This document shows, one piece after another, positions 48,034-59,107 of a DNA stretch of 64,000 bases (position 1 is the stretch's first letter; the number at the start of each line of letters is the position of its first letter). A program made the position numbers and the translations under genes. The notes beneath the pieces were generated by a model. The model made no database searches, was not told where the DNA came from, and saw only the letters and a program-made list of their open reading frames with translations. The DNA lies in the NCBI RefSeq assembly GCF_038025025.1, contig NW_027117347.1, positions 1,674,001 to 1,738,000 of the forward strand, written 5' to 3'. The stretch comes from Phyllosticta citribraziliensis. Its lineage: Eukaryota.

Positions 48034-48663
48034 TCATTCTTCATTCTCGTCGCTCGTGGCTTCGAAATTCTTCTTTGGATCAATGCCATCGTCATCGTCG
48101 TCGACGTCTTCGTCTCCGTTCTTGGCCGCGGCGCTGCCGTCGTAGTTGGGCCTGTTGACGTTCTCGCCCTTGCCGACGAGCACCGATTCGACGGCGGGGA
48201 GCGCCTCCAGCAGCGCGCGGTATTGATCGACAGTCAACGAGATACCCTGAATATGTCCCGTCAGCTTCCCTCCGTGTGCATTGTGTTGTGGGTGTGGTGT
48301 ACCTTCTTCCCTGGCAGCGTCTTGCCATCTTTTTCGTAGTACTCGCGAATGTTGACCATCGACTTGCCCTTGAACTCGGAGACGGTAACGCGACGGGAGT
48401 TGGAAATCTGGAGGCGTGGTCAGCCGTTGGCCGAGTACAAAGCTCGCCCAGCTTGGGCTCTGTCCCGTGGCTGGGGCGCTGGCACGCACCTCCCAGTACG
48501 GATCGCCATTGTCGTCCGTCATCAAGCCATCGGCGCCGGCGGACTTCTTGGCCTTGGTCGTCTTGGCCTTTTTCGACTTGGGCGCTTCGTCGTCGTCGAC
48601 GACAAACTCGTCGCTGATGTAGCCGTCGGTCGCGCGCTTGCGGGATCCTCGCTTCGACGACAT
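48034..48663 (-). CDS. SUB1: Transcriptional coactivator PC4/Sub1 (p15)
   Basis: Spliced DPYWE|ISNSRRVTVSEFKGKSMVNIREYYEKDGKTLPGKK|GISLTVDQY; two introns about 48409-48489 and 48247-48301. Confidence 0.93.
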   Translation of the reverse strand: MSSKRGSRKRATDGYISDEFVVDDDEAPKSKKAKTTKAKKSAGADGLMTDDNGDPYWEVRASAPATGQSPSWASFVLGQRLTTPPDFQLPSRYRLRVQGQVDGQHSRVLRKRWQDAAREEGTPHPQHNAHGGKLTGHIQGISLTVDQYRALLEALPAVESVLVGKGENVNRPNYDGSAAAKNGDEDVDDDDDGIDPKKNFEATSDENEE

Positions 48664-48955
48664 GGCAAACGGCAGTATTTGTATGAGGAAGGGTCGCGGT
48701 TGGAATTGAATCTGCGCGGTGCGATGGACCTGTGAAGCGGGCAATGGGCGCGCGCGGAGGAGGTGTGGACGTAGGCAGCTTTTGAACATGGGTTGGGTTG
48801 CAAAAGTGAGAAGACGCGGCTAAACGCGCAGCCGGAGGAAGTGACGTGATGCGTTTCTGCGACACGGTGGCCCGTGCTTAAGCTATTCCAATCGGGCAAT
48901 CTAATTGAAGTGGCACATGTTGCATTTCTACTGTACGTGACTACAAAACACACTA

Positions 48956-50711
48956 CTACTTCTTGGAAACCTTATCCTCGCCGTTATCGGTATCCTGCGT
49001 TGTCACGTCGACCCCTTCCACGATTTCCTCGACCGTCCTCCCGCTTTCTCTGGCTGCTCGCAGCAGTTTTCTCTCCTCGACAAACTTGCGGCAATTCTCA
49101 CGCCCTTTGGCCACATCTACAAACCAAATGACGATGCTGGCCGAAGTCGTCAATGCGACCAGGAAAGGGAATCCCATCCAGTTGTTGTTGGTGTCGTTGA
49201 TGATCGCCTGCACCACGTTGGGCCCGATAATGGACGACGCGCGGTTCGTGATGCCAAACAGTCCGAAGAACATGTTTTCGTAACCGCGTGGGGTGACCTC
49301 GGACATCATCGTCTGGGAGTAGGCGTAGTAGGGCGCTTGGAACAACCCGAAGAGAACGTTGAAGAGCCAAAAGTCGTACTTGTGGTGATAGCCCACGCGC
49401 GACGACCACAGTCCCAGCATTCCGTAAAACGCAATAAACACGGAAAAGAAATTAGTCACCATGAACATGCGCTTGGTGGTAATCTTGAAGTACTTTTGGA
49501 TATACCAGAAGCCAAATGTAGAAAACGTGCTGCACGAGGCCTGCGCAATGCCAAGATAAGTAGTCTGCAAAAAGGAAAACGAGACCCGGTCCGCTTGGAT
49601 AATCTGGACAAGCGTACTCGTCGTGTTCAGGCCGTCAGCTAGGAGGAAGAAGGCCACCAGGTAGATGAACGTCTGGGGTAAATGCTGAACTTCCTTTAAG
49701 GCAAGAGCGACCTGTTTCCAGCCAATAGTCGCGTAGTTGGATCCCTGGGGCAGCTTTGGACCTGGGCGGCGCTGCTGAAATATAAACCACCATATTCCCA
49801 AAACAATCCAGTATGTGTTGGTGAGGAAGAGGGCCCAGTTGTTCGCGTAATTGTTGCCTTGGAGCGGGAGCAGCACGCTCAGATTGATTGCCAAAGTGAG
49901 CAGGTACCCAATGTTGGAGTGGGCCGTCGAGATGCTTGAGAGATGGTTGCGCTCCAAACTCTCAATCTTGTCATATTCCTCCTGGCTGATCTTGCCCTCT
50001 TTGAGATCCTCCTCGCGCGCCTTTCGGACGTGTGGCTGATATCTCGCGAGACGGGGAAATACGGCGGCGTAGAAGACAAGAGTCGCGCCGTAGGAGATGT
50101 AGCTCACAATGTACAAGCCCATGGCGGAGTGCCACTGGGCCGCACCCTTGATGGACATGAAGCTATACTGAAAGGTCCAGCAGATGACGGTGAGTACCAG
50201 CAACAGCCATCGACCAAAGGAACCGTAATCGGCCGCGCTGCCGAGCCAGACAAAGATAATGGTCATGACGGTAAAGGCGAGGCCGTTTGCCAGGAGCACG
50301 ACCGACGCGACGCTCCTCGTCCCGCTGCCGAATGGCACGACGCATCCGCCATCTCCACAGTTGCCAATCTCTCGTGGAGACTTGTCAGGGTCGAAGCCGG
50401 CGTCTGTCAAGGCTGACTGGAAGCTATCATAGCTTGTCAGCAAGTCGCCCGGCAGTCACGTCTGCGTCTCGCGTGGCTCACAGGGTTTGGCTGTAGCTCC
50501 CGGGACCCACTCCATTGTCTCCGTTGTAGTATAGGTAGTAGCTCCACAGCTCCTTTCTCGTCGTCGTGGGTTGCTCAAAGGCGTCCTCGTCGGTGCCGAA
50601 GAGGGCTTCGAACTGGGAAACGTGGTCGCGGATTTTGGCAGAACGGTCGTTCGTGGGATCGGCTGCGACCTCAACCACGTCGCGCACCTGAAGGTCTTTC
50701 TTGGACGTCAT
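48956..50711 (-). CDS. ATG22: Atg22-like vacuolar effluxer (MFS)
   Basis: TTRKELWSYYLYYNGDNGVGP, GSAADYG..GRW, YLVAFFLLADGLNT, QAPYYAYSQTMM.E.TP.G.ENMFFGLFG; intron about 50430-50479. Confidence 0.92.
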
Positions 50712-51341
50712 TGGGCGCGCGGAATGGAGGAGGGGCTCGAGAGAAGGGCGGCCAGCGCTGGACGATGGGACGGCATCGTAAGGCATGCAGGGCGACGGCG
50801 AGGCCCTGTCATGATATGATGGACCAAGGGCGCTGTAGTGGGGGGAGATGGCAGATGTGGATGGGAGCAACGCAGGGTTGCAGCCAGATTGCCAAAGTCA
50901 TGGCCCATCTGGCGGGCAGTGACAAGCAGAGGGACGGCAGTGACTTCTGCCCCACTTCCCCTCCTGCCGCCACAAACCTTGCCGAATCGCGCAGTGACCA
51001 CAGCAAAGTTGGACCTCAACCTTCAGCGTTGCATCTCCTTTTCGCTGTCACCTCGCTATCAAAACTCTACCAGCATTGACATCCTGATACCGAGAGATCT
51101 GTGTGTCGCCGTCATCAACAAGCAGAGTCTACCAGGGTAAGACGCAAACATTTCCCATTGGACAACCACTTGCCCTCTTACCCCCATTCGGTCCTGCTTA
51201 CCAGAAATAGCAGTTTGCGGAGTTGAAGCTTTGTCCACTGGCCCACACGATATCGACCATTCAGCCTGCCCACCCCTCGTGACCCATCTCGAGCTCTCTC
51301 AGTCAAGCTCCAATACGACGACCGCTCTTATTACCCGGAAC

Positions 51342-53007
51342 ATGGCTTCCATTTCTCAGCACCAAGACAGTCTCCGCCGCCAGATTGGCCAGCTTTTCAT
51401 CGTCGGCTTCCACGGCCAGACCGTCGACGAAAACATCAAGAAGCTTATCCGCGCCCCGTATCACGTCGGACAAATCGTCCTTTTCCAGCGCAACGTCGCC
51501 AGTGCTGCCCAACTGGCAAAATTGACCCACGACCTCCAACAAGTAGCCCGCGAAGCTGGGCACGAACGCCCTCTGATTATTGGCATTGACCAAGAAAATG
51601 GCCTCGTTACTCGCATCGCGCCCCCAATCACAGCCCAGCTTCCGGGCTCCATGGCGGTTGGAGCGACGGGATCGCCCGAAGCTGCCTTTCGTGTTGGCCG
51701 AGGCACTGGCGAAATCTTGCGCTCCCTGGGAATCAACATGAATTACGGCCCGGTCTGCGACGTCAACAACAATCCTTCGAATCCAGTCATTGGTGTTCGC
51801 TCTTTCGGTGACGATCCTCATAGAGTTGCCACCTTGGCGCTTCAGAATATGCATGGACTCCGTGATGGCGGTGTCATTTCGTGCGCAAAGCACTTTCCCG
51901 GCCACGGCGACACAGCTGTCGACTCACATTACGGCCTTCCAAAGATTGAAAAAACGTGGGAGCAGCTTGAGCTGTGTGAGGTGGTTCCTTTCAGGGAAGT
52001 TGTTCGAAACAAGATCGAGTCGGTCATGACAGCTCACATTGTCTTTGGCGATTCGTCCTTGCCTGCCACCCTGGATCCAAAGGTCCTGTCGAAGCTCAGG
52101 AGCGGTCTTGATTTCCATGGTGTTATCATCTCCGACTGTCTCGAGATGAATGCCATTCGGACAGAGTGCGGCGGAACGGTGCAAGGCGCCGTCACTGCCT
52201 TGAAAGCAGGCTGTGACTGCGTCATGATCTGCCACACAATCGATCTCCAGACGAGTGCGCTGGAGGCCGTCTTTGAGGCGGCAAAGGATAAACAGTTTGC
52301 TGAGCAGTTGAGCCAGTCCTTCAAACGTGTCAATGCGACCCGCGGAGGATTGTCCATGGAAACTGCTTGCAGGGAGCCCGACCTCAACAAGTTTTGGCAG
52401 ATCAGCGCCGAAAATGCGAAGCTGGCCCAGGAATTGTATCAAAGCAGCGCGACTTTTGTCCGTACAAGCTCGAAGCTTCCGCTGCAGAAAGACAGCAAAA
52501 TACTGTTTGCCATGCCCGCCGACATGCCGATTCCGAGCGGAGTCGTCGAGTACGGAGATCTCCAAGGCCCAGTACCCGAGACGCCATCCGGGTACCTCGA
52601 AGTGTTGAAGTCGTTCAGCTCGTCAGTCGAGCACATGAAATTCTTCCAAGACGGGCGCAACGACAAAGAGTACGTCCAAAGCACCCCCACCCCCAAAAGA
52701 ACCAACATGCTAACCGATCTGCAGCATCCTCGACGCAGCCGCTGCCGTCGACGTGGTCATCTTGGCCACCAGAAACGCCCGCCTCTCCCCGTATCAGCGC
52801 AACATGGCCAAAGCGCTGCAGTCGGCGGCGCCTTGTCTTGTTGTCGTTGCTACTTGCGATCCGTACGACTTTCTGGGCACGGACGGCGCGTTTGTCGAGA
52901 ATTACGTCGCGATTTATGAGCCGACTGTCGCGGCTTTTAAGGGTGCTGCTGATAATTTGTTTGGCCTGCGTCATCCTGTGGGTCGGCTGCCGGTCCAGTC
53001 TTCCTAA
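51342..53007 (+). CDS. GH3 beta-N-acetylglucosaminidase (NagZ-like)
   Basis: IGQLFIVGF, IDQENG.V.R, NP.NPVIGVRSFG, catalytic KHFPGHGDTAVDSH, SDCLEM; intron 52670-52724; C-terminal ATCDPYDFL...YEPT. Confidence 0.94.
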
Positions 53008-53585
53008 GGGTCTTTCTCATAAACCGAGGCTTTGTCCGAGGTGCAGGTGAGGTGCCACCTTGACACGTATATCGCTCTGGAAGAATAGCTGTAAAAAGGT
53101 CGCGCCTTCCTTTACACCTCGCCTGTCAGCAAGCACTACTATTAAGGGCTAGGGGCCTGAAATAGCTGAATAGCAGGTGAGTGAGGTATAGAGCGAAATA
53201 TACTAATTACTGACGGGCAGACTGGTGGGGTTTTTAGTGATGCCTCAGGCATCCACATCAGTAACACCTCGGAAAGTTCCTCAATTTGGGAGAAAACACC
53301 ATGTGAAAAGCAATCGCCATGGAGAGACTGAAGCTTGTCCTGATGCTCGACGAAAAGAGTGACCGTGCACCCAAGATCGGCTCGTACCCATGTACGACGT
53401 GACAGCTGCTGTCTGGAAAAAAGCTTGTTGACGCGTCGACGCGTACCCCTGCTTCAGATCTTCCGGTGTTCACCGCCGTGGTCCGGTTTTCCTCCGACTT
53501 TCAACAACTCTTTGCGACCTACTGCATTCACCTCTGGAACTCCTCGCGCATCGCAAACAAAATCCCAACCAGCCGCCAGAAAACC

Positions 53586-54713
53586 ATGTCTTCGAATACA
53601 GGAAACGATCAGGTCGCGTTTCGCTTCAAATTCTCATCTGAATCAATACCGCAGCTGCAAAGGCTCTCTGACAGCCCATCAGCCCACAAGATCAAGCGAC
53701 TCGCTTTATTCAGCCTTGGGCTTCGGGAGATGCCAGATACCGGGGGCTACCTCAACCCAGCACCGGGAAAAGTCTACCACGTCCCGGGCGAAGGCGACTA
53801 CGAAATGGCAGATGGCGATGGTGTATTGCCTGACATCGCCTGTCTGCATTGGACCAGGAAATTTGCCCCCATCATTGGGTCGTTCGACTCTCTTGAAGAG
53901 CTCACTCTGGACACTTCTCCGTACCGCGGTATGGGCTTGCCGTTCTCCAGGAGCCTGTTGTCGCACGTCGAAGACAACGAGGCTCCTGTCCTGGTGCGCG
54001 TCGAATTCCAGACTTATATTTGCGAGTTTTTCTGGAGAGGCTTCCAAAAGACCAAAGAGGTCACGTTTAAACCCAACCCGCGTCTCCAAGGGTCCGAGCG
54101 GAAAGCGATCTACTCGGATGCTGAGCGATTGTCGAGTCAGTTTGAAGACGTTTTTGAAAAATTGTCCATGGCCTACTTCGATCAAGGCCCGTCCACCTGC
54201 CGGTTCGAGTCGCTGGATATGGCGGGAGCGACCATCTTCTCTCTTTGCCATGAATACCTAGACGAGCCGTTTCTAGAGTCATTCAACCGTCCGCCTCTGT
54301 CTTTATCCCTCAAGAACATCAGGGAACGAAGACTGTTCGAGGACGAGTCGGACGACGAGTACGACACGGAGGAAGAGGAAGAGGAAGAGGAAGACGAGGG
54401 AGAAGAGAACCGCCCCATCCTCGAACAGCTGGCCAACAGCGAGCGCGTCCTCCGCGAGCTGTCGATTGTCAATTGCACATTCTACAAGGCGGACACGCTT
54501 CTCGTCCCGTTGTTCCAACACCTCAAGAACAATTGCTCCGAAAATCTTCGCACTTTCCGCTTTGAAGGGGTCAAGGATTTGGACGGCACCCCCGTCATGT
54601 TTGACTGGTCTGGCAATGGCAAGCTGGATGACGGCTCGCTTGTGCCGGAGATGGTGGAAAGCATGGGTATGTGGGGGGCTCTTGGACGAATGATTCGCTG
54701 CGTGCGATTTTAG
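53586..54713 (+). CDS. FDWDG-cap family member 6, lacking a recognisable F-box
   Basis: AAACCATG start; begins at the post-F-box region (LQRLSDSPSAHKIKRLAL); FDSLEELTLD, ICEFFWRG, poly-E tract, LRELSIVNC; cap MFDWSGNGKLDDGSLVPEMVESMGMWGALGRMIRCV. Confidence 0.82.
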   Translation: MSSNTGNDQVAFRFKFSSESIPQLQRLSDSPSAHKIKRLALFSLGLREMPDTGGYLNPAPGKVYHVPGEGDYEMADGDGVLPDIACLHWTRKFAPIIGSFDSLEELTLDTSPYRGMGLPFSRSLLSHVEDNEAPVLVRVEFQTYICEFFWRGFQKTKEVTFKPNPRLQGSERKAIYSDAERLSSQFEDVFEKLSMAYFDQGPSTCRFESLDMAGATIFSLCHEYLDEPFLESFNRPPLSLSLKNIRERRLFEDESDDEYDTEEEEEEEEDEGEENRPILEQLANSERVLRELSIVNCTFYKADTLLVPLFQHLKNNCSENLRTFRFEGVKDLDGTPVMFDWSGNGKLDDGSLVPEMVESMGMWGALGRMIRCVRF

Positions 54714-55396
54714 AGCGAGCTTGCTTTACCTCTCTCTCTGTTCACAAAGACTTGTTTCTTTCTTTCCTTGGAATCATCTTGCGGACGTGATCCGACCAGC
54801 TGGGCCGGTACTTCTGGACGCCCTGACTCGTTGCACGCGTTCGCCCGCTCTTGACGCGTTCACGCGCGCGCGTGCCCCGTTTACTGCCTCCCTGCTGTAT
54901 TTACATAGCGACCGAAACAAGGTTAAGCTGCGGTACTGAGCTCCGCCAGGCAGAACAGGAAGGAACTACCCCGCGGCCCTCACCATTCTTCGACTCATCC
55001 ACCATCCACGGCCGCTGTCACTCTGCACGTCATCTACTTGCTTCCAAAAAACATCCGTTCGTGTCCGTATCTCATCTTCATCAAACACCTGTCTGCGTAC
55101 ATATCTCCTCTGTCTCATCTGAAGCTGGTTGACCCGCTTTGATCCGACCGGAGGTACTGCCCTGTGAATGACGGGCCGGACGGCCTTGCCGGTACAGGTG
55201 CGGGAGCATTCGCCGTCCGACTTCAACCCACATGAGGTACTGACGGTAAGCAGGAAACAAATGGAAAAAGAACGACATACTCGTTGATCAGCGTTGATCC
55301 GACTTGATTCGACAGTAAGTACTACATCCTTAACGGCGGGTCCGAAGACCTCGCAGCAGGAGCGGGAGCCGTTGCCGACTGACGGCACACAGAACA

Positions 55397-56947
55397 ATGA
55401 CCAAAAAAAGAACCAAAAAAACGTTGACCCCCCTTGGGCAGACAGTAAGTATTGCCCTCAGCGCTCGTCGACTAACTCCAATACACACGCGACCGGGACT
55501 GACTGACGGCAAACAGATGTCGGAATCTTCAACGCAGCCTCCGACCCAATCGTCGTCCACCACTCACCCTACCGCCGTCATGCACCGCTTCTCAAGCTTT
55601 GAGAGCCTCCCGACCGAGCTCTCGCATCTCGTTTGCGAGAACCTGGACTTCAACGATCTGAAAAAGCTCCGCCTGGCTAGCCGGACCATGGAAGCGAAGG
55701 CCACATTCACGATGGAAAAGTTATACCGGTCGAAATTCTACAAGATTCGCCTCGCCCTCACGCAATCCAATCTCCGTGCGTTGGAAAAGTTTGCGGATGG
55801 CTCGTTAGCCAAATACGTCTTCCGTCTTACATTGAAAAAGACGGACTTCGAGACCTTTGTCCAGGATGCTAAGGAGACGGCACAATCAGCTGAGACGTCG
55901 CCGTGGCGGGCCGCAATGAAACCCTATCGACGCAACTACAAGAAAAGGCTCTATCATGAAGCCAATAAGTGGACTGGGAAGCCACTCCATGCGATCCTTC
56001 CTTGCTTGAACCAGCTTCGTCTCACCACTCCCGGCCTAAACAACGAATATGGTCCCAAAGCATCAATCAGCGAGATCATCTTGTGGGACTGTGAGGTCAT
56101 TGGAACTCTTCTTGGGAATTTCGAGAGACGCTCATCCATGGAGTTGAACATAGACGGCTTCCTCGGCTGCAAAATCGAAGTCAATGAAAATTCACCCATG
56201 CCAGATGTAGCCTTTTGGGAATCTCGTGGACGTTGGGAACCTCCTCTAGGCGATCCATATCATACGGTGCCTGGGTCCCTCGATCAGCTCGAGGCACTGC
56301 AGAGCTACTGCCAGCAAATCGAACTCCGCCTCTGTCAGCGCCCGATCCGGATCCTAAAGTTGTGGGATTTGCGGTTAGCCCTTCCCCACTTGCAGTCAAT
56401 TTTCCAAACGGCAAGCCCTCCTCGAGAATTGAAGCTTGAGTCGTGCTTGCTGGACTTCGATGAGAACTTATCCAGGTTGCCTCTACCATACGAGTGGAGT
56501 TTTCCACTGGAGGCGTTTACGAATCAACGCAACAGTACTTCTCTCAGACCGCCCAGGCTATGGGGGCCGTCAAATCTCACAGAGCAACCGCGCTTCGTAG
56601 CCAACAGAGAGTCAATCGAAGCCTTTGTCGCGTCAGTCCGCCCAAATCTCCGGAAACTGGCCATACACCACTGCAAAACTCAACCGTATACAAGTCCTTC
56701 TTCGTTAAGCCATCTTCTCGAGACACTCAAGTCGTGCCAAGATTTGGAACTAGTTGAGATCGAGTTTCAGGAGTACACATTTAAGGAGCAGCGTGACGGA
56801 AATGAGAACAGCGACATGTTTGAAGCCCTGTTCCATGAACAGAACCTGGACTGGGCAGCCGTGGTTGCCGAAAAGGGAATTGTGGGAACTCTCGACGACG
56901 CGATTCGCTGCGTGGCTCGAGTTCGCGCGGAATGGGAACCAAGATGA
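55397..56947 (+). CDS. F-box protein, family member 7 (cap degenerate)
   Basis: Exon 55397-55444 MTKKRTKK..., in-frame intron 55445-55516 (GTAAGT...CTGAC...CAG); F-box FESLPTELSHLVCENLDFNDLKKLRLAS; LRR-like RELKLESC, LRKLAIHHC; ends VVAEKGIVGTLDDAIRCV. Confidence 0.85.
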   Translation: MTKKRTKKTLTPLGQTVSIALSARRLTPIHTRPGLTDGKQMSESSTQPPTQSSSTTHPTAVMHRFSSFESLPTELSHLVCENLDFNDLKKLRLASRTMEAKATFTMEKLYRSKFYKIRLALTQSNLRALEKFADGSLAKYVFRLTLKKTDFETFVQDAKETAQSAETSPWRAAMKPYRRNYKKRLYHEANKWTGKPLHAILPCLNQLRLTTPGLNNEYGPKASISEIILWDCEVIGTLLGNFERRSSMELNIDGFLGCKIEVNENSPMPDVAFWESRGRWEPPLGDPYHTVPGSLDQLEALQSYCQQIELRLCQRPIRILKLWDLRLALPHLQSIFQTASPPRELKLESCLLDFDENLSRLPLPYEWSFPLEAFTNQRNSTSLRPPRLWGPSNLTEQPRFVANRESIEAFVASVRPNLRKLAIHHCKTQPYTSPSSLSHLLETLKSCQDLELVEIEFQEYTFKEQRDGNENSDMFEALFHEQNLDWAAVVAEKGIVGTLDDAIRCVARVRAEWEPR

Positions 56948-57635
56948 TATGGCCGTCTTTCTTCTGTGAGTGCCTAGAGTCCTGGAGTTGGCGGCGTTTA
57001 GTTTGGAGTGTTGACAGAGCCGTTTTCCTTCTGAACGCAAAACACTTACATGGGATTTGAAGTCGGAGCGACAGACTGCAGACACTGAGCCGGGTATCAG
57101 ATATTGGAACAAAATTTGCACATGGACAAGCTGTGGATGTAAGTCAGTCGTAGGTAGTTTCTCAATCTCAAAAGTCATCGGTGGAGCAAGCAGTGATGGA
57201 GCAGCTCTCAAAAAGTCGGAGGGACTAGTACACTGCACGTTTTCCCCCTTCCGCCGTCCACAGCACCAACGCGATTGATACGGCGAATGATGCGGCAAGT
57301 CGGCGTGCAGCTAACTAACAAATTGAGATAGGCAGGGTACTGGCAATTCACACCGCGCATTTGCTTCTGCGGCGTGACGGGGGCGAGTGCCGCGCTGAAA
57401 TGCTTCTTTCTTCGACCAACACACTGCCGGAGTGCTAGCACAAAGCTCTTCCAGATGAGCCAGTCGAATCAATGTCGTTGAAGGCTGGCTGCAAGCGTCT
57501 GCTGGCATATTGGCAACGATGCCAGTATCTGCGCGCCATTGTGTTTTGGTGAGGGGGTCAAAAGCGAGTTGTCTCCCGCCCGTCAACTTCGCGCAGCAAC
57601 CACCGCACCATCACTAGTCGCCATGTCCCAAGAAG

Positions 57636-58351
57636 ATGCCGCTACAGCCCTCTATCCCAAGCCCGGTCCCACGCCTCGAGGAGTTCCCGAATAAGCTTCT
57701 GCTCCAGATACGCGAGTACCTACGTCAAGACCAGCCCCGCAGGGTCCGTCTTGTCTACGAACCTTGAAGGATCCTGCAACTTGCCACATTCTCATGTGGC
57801 ATGGGCCGACACGACGATGGTGGACCTCTTTTCTCCTGCGCTCCGCGCTTTCGAACGCTTTGTGGACACTGGACTGTGCGAGGATGTGCGGGTTCTTGCG
57901 GTTTGGACGCTTGGTTCCGAGGGCTTTGTGCGAGGTGTTCGCTGGATGGCTGTGGAACGACAGGAGGCTGCGAAAGCACCGTCGAATGCGGACCAAAGGT
58001 CTTTGCGCAAATTGGCTGGAAAGCCGCCGCGACCACCTGTCGACTAATTCTGGAGCACGGAGAGCTGGATTTTGAGGAACGCCCCAACACTAGACAGTCA
58101 ACGAAGAAACAGTCACGGGCTTTGTCGCTGTGCTCCCGAATCTGCACCACCATATTACCATTGACGATTACCAACACATGTCTGGAACAAATACAGTCTC
58201 GTGGGGACGCTTTGCTCTGGCACTGAAGGAGTGCAAGGAACCGGAGTCGCTTCATTTCAGGGGTAATCAGATTCAAAATTTTCTCGGTCCTGTGACATGC
58301 TGGAGCCATATCTTGGGTCTGACTACCTACTTGAACCGAAGAAAGTTGTAA
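57636..58351 (+). pseudogene. Relic of F-box family member 8
   Basis: ATG 57636 MPLQPSIPSPVPRLEEFPNKLLLQIREYLRQDQPRRVRLV (F-box-like), frameshift near 57755, then LRAFERFVDTGLCEDVRVLAV matching paralogue LRALEKFADGSLAKYVFRLTL; several stops, no cap found. Confidence 0.65.
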
Positions 58352-59107
58352 AAACGGCTCTTGGCTGCCACCATGAGGTTCAGGAGGCTTTGCCAGACCC
58401 GCTGTTGACATCTGATTGATGGGCCGACGTTCCATGTGGGGGAAATTTTGGCAAGCGACGGACTACATCATGCCCGCGTGGGAGCCTTCTCGCGAAACCA
58501 CGTCATTTGATCGCGACGGTGCCTGCAAACTTTCGTTCGCAACCATATCGCCAAGGTCGGCGTCTGACGGAACGAAGGAACAAGTAAGCTCGGGTCGGCT
58601 CATGGGCCTCCTTCTCTTCCCCAAAATGATGCCTCAACCATTACTTCACGGCGAGGAAGGCTGACATCATCAATCTTCTTGCTCCTCATCGAAGCTTGTG
58701 CCCGGCTAGGAAAAGATTACACTTGGTTGCGATGAGCACCACAAGTGATAAAATTGACGCGGCTTCCTGTGTTTTTCGAACGTCCTCTGGGCTTTTTGTT
58801 AGAGAAATTCAACACTTCGCGGTGATTGCTTTTCTTGGTACACTCCTTGGGCTTTCCGTGGTCGACATCCATCACTTCGCCGGCATCCGTGTTCTCCTGC
58901 GCTCCAACAATGGACAGCATGCACCGCTGTACCGTTGTTATTCCCAACAACAAAGGGAAGCTCAACATTGCATGCTCGCAGACATATAACGCCGTCTGCT
59001 CCTGCGGTCGCATCTTCCAAATCATCCCCTCCACAGACAACCCGGCGACTTTTCAAGTTCTCTGCCAACCCCCTTCACAAATTTCGCGCACTCCTTCGCT
59101 CTCAGAC

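Noticed and set aside
11918..53007. Nitrogen-scavenging gene cluster (fmdS, OXP1, aquaglyceroporin, ATG22, GH3)
   Set aside because: Genes are spread over 40 kb with unrelated genes between them; no shared pathway or regulator is evident.
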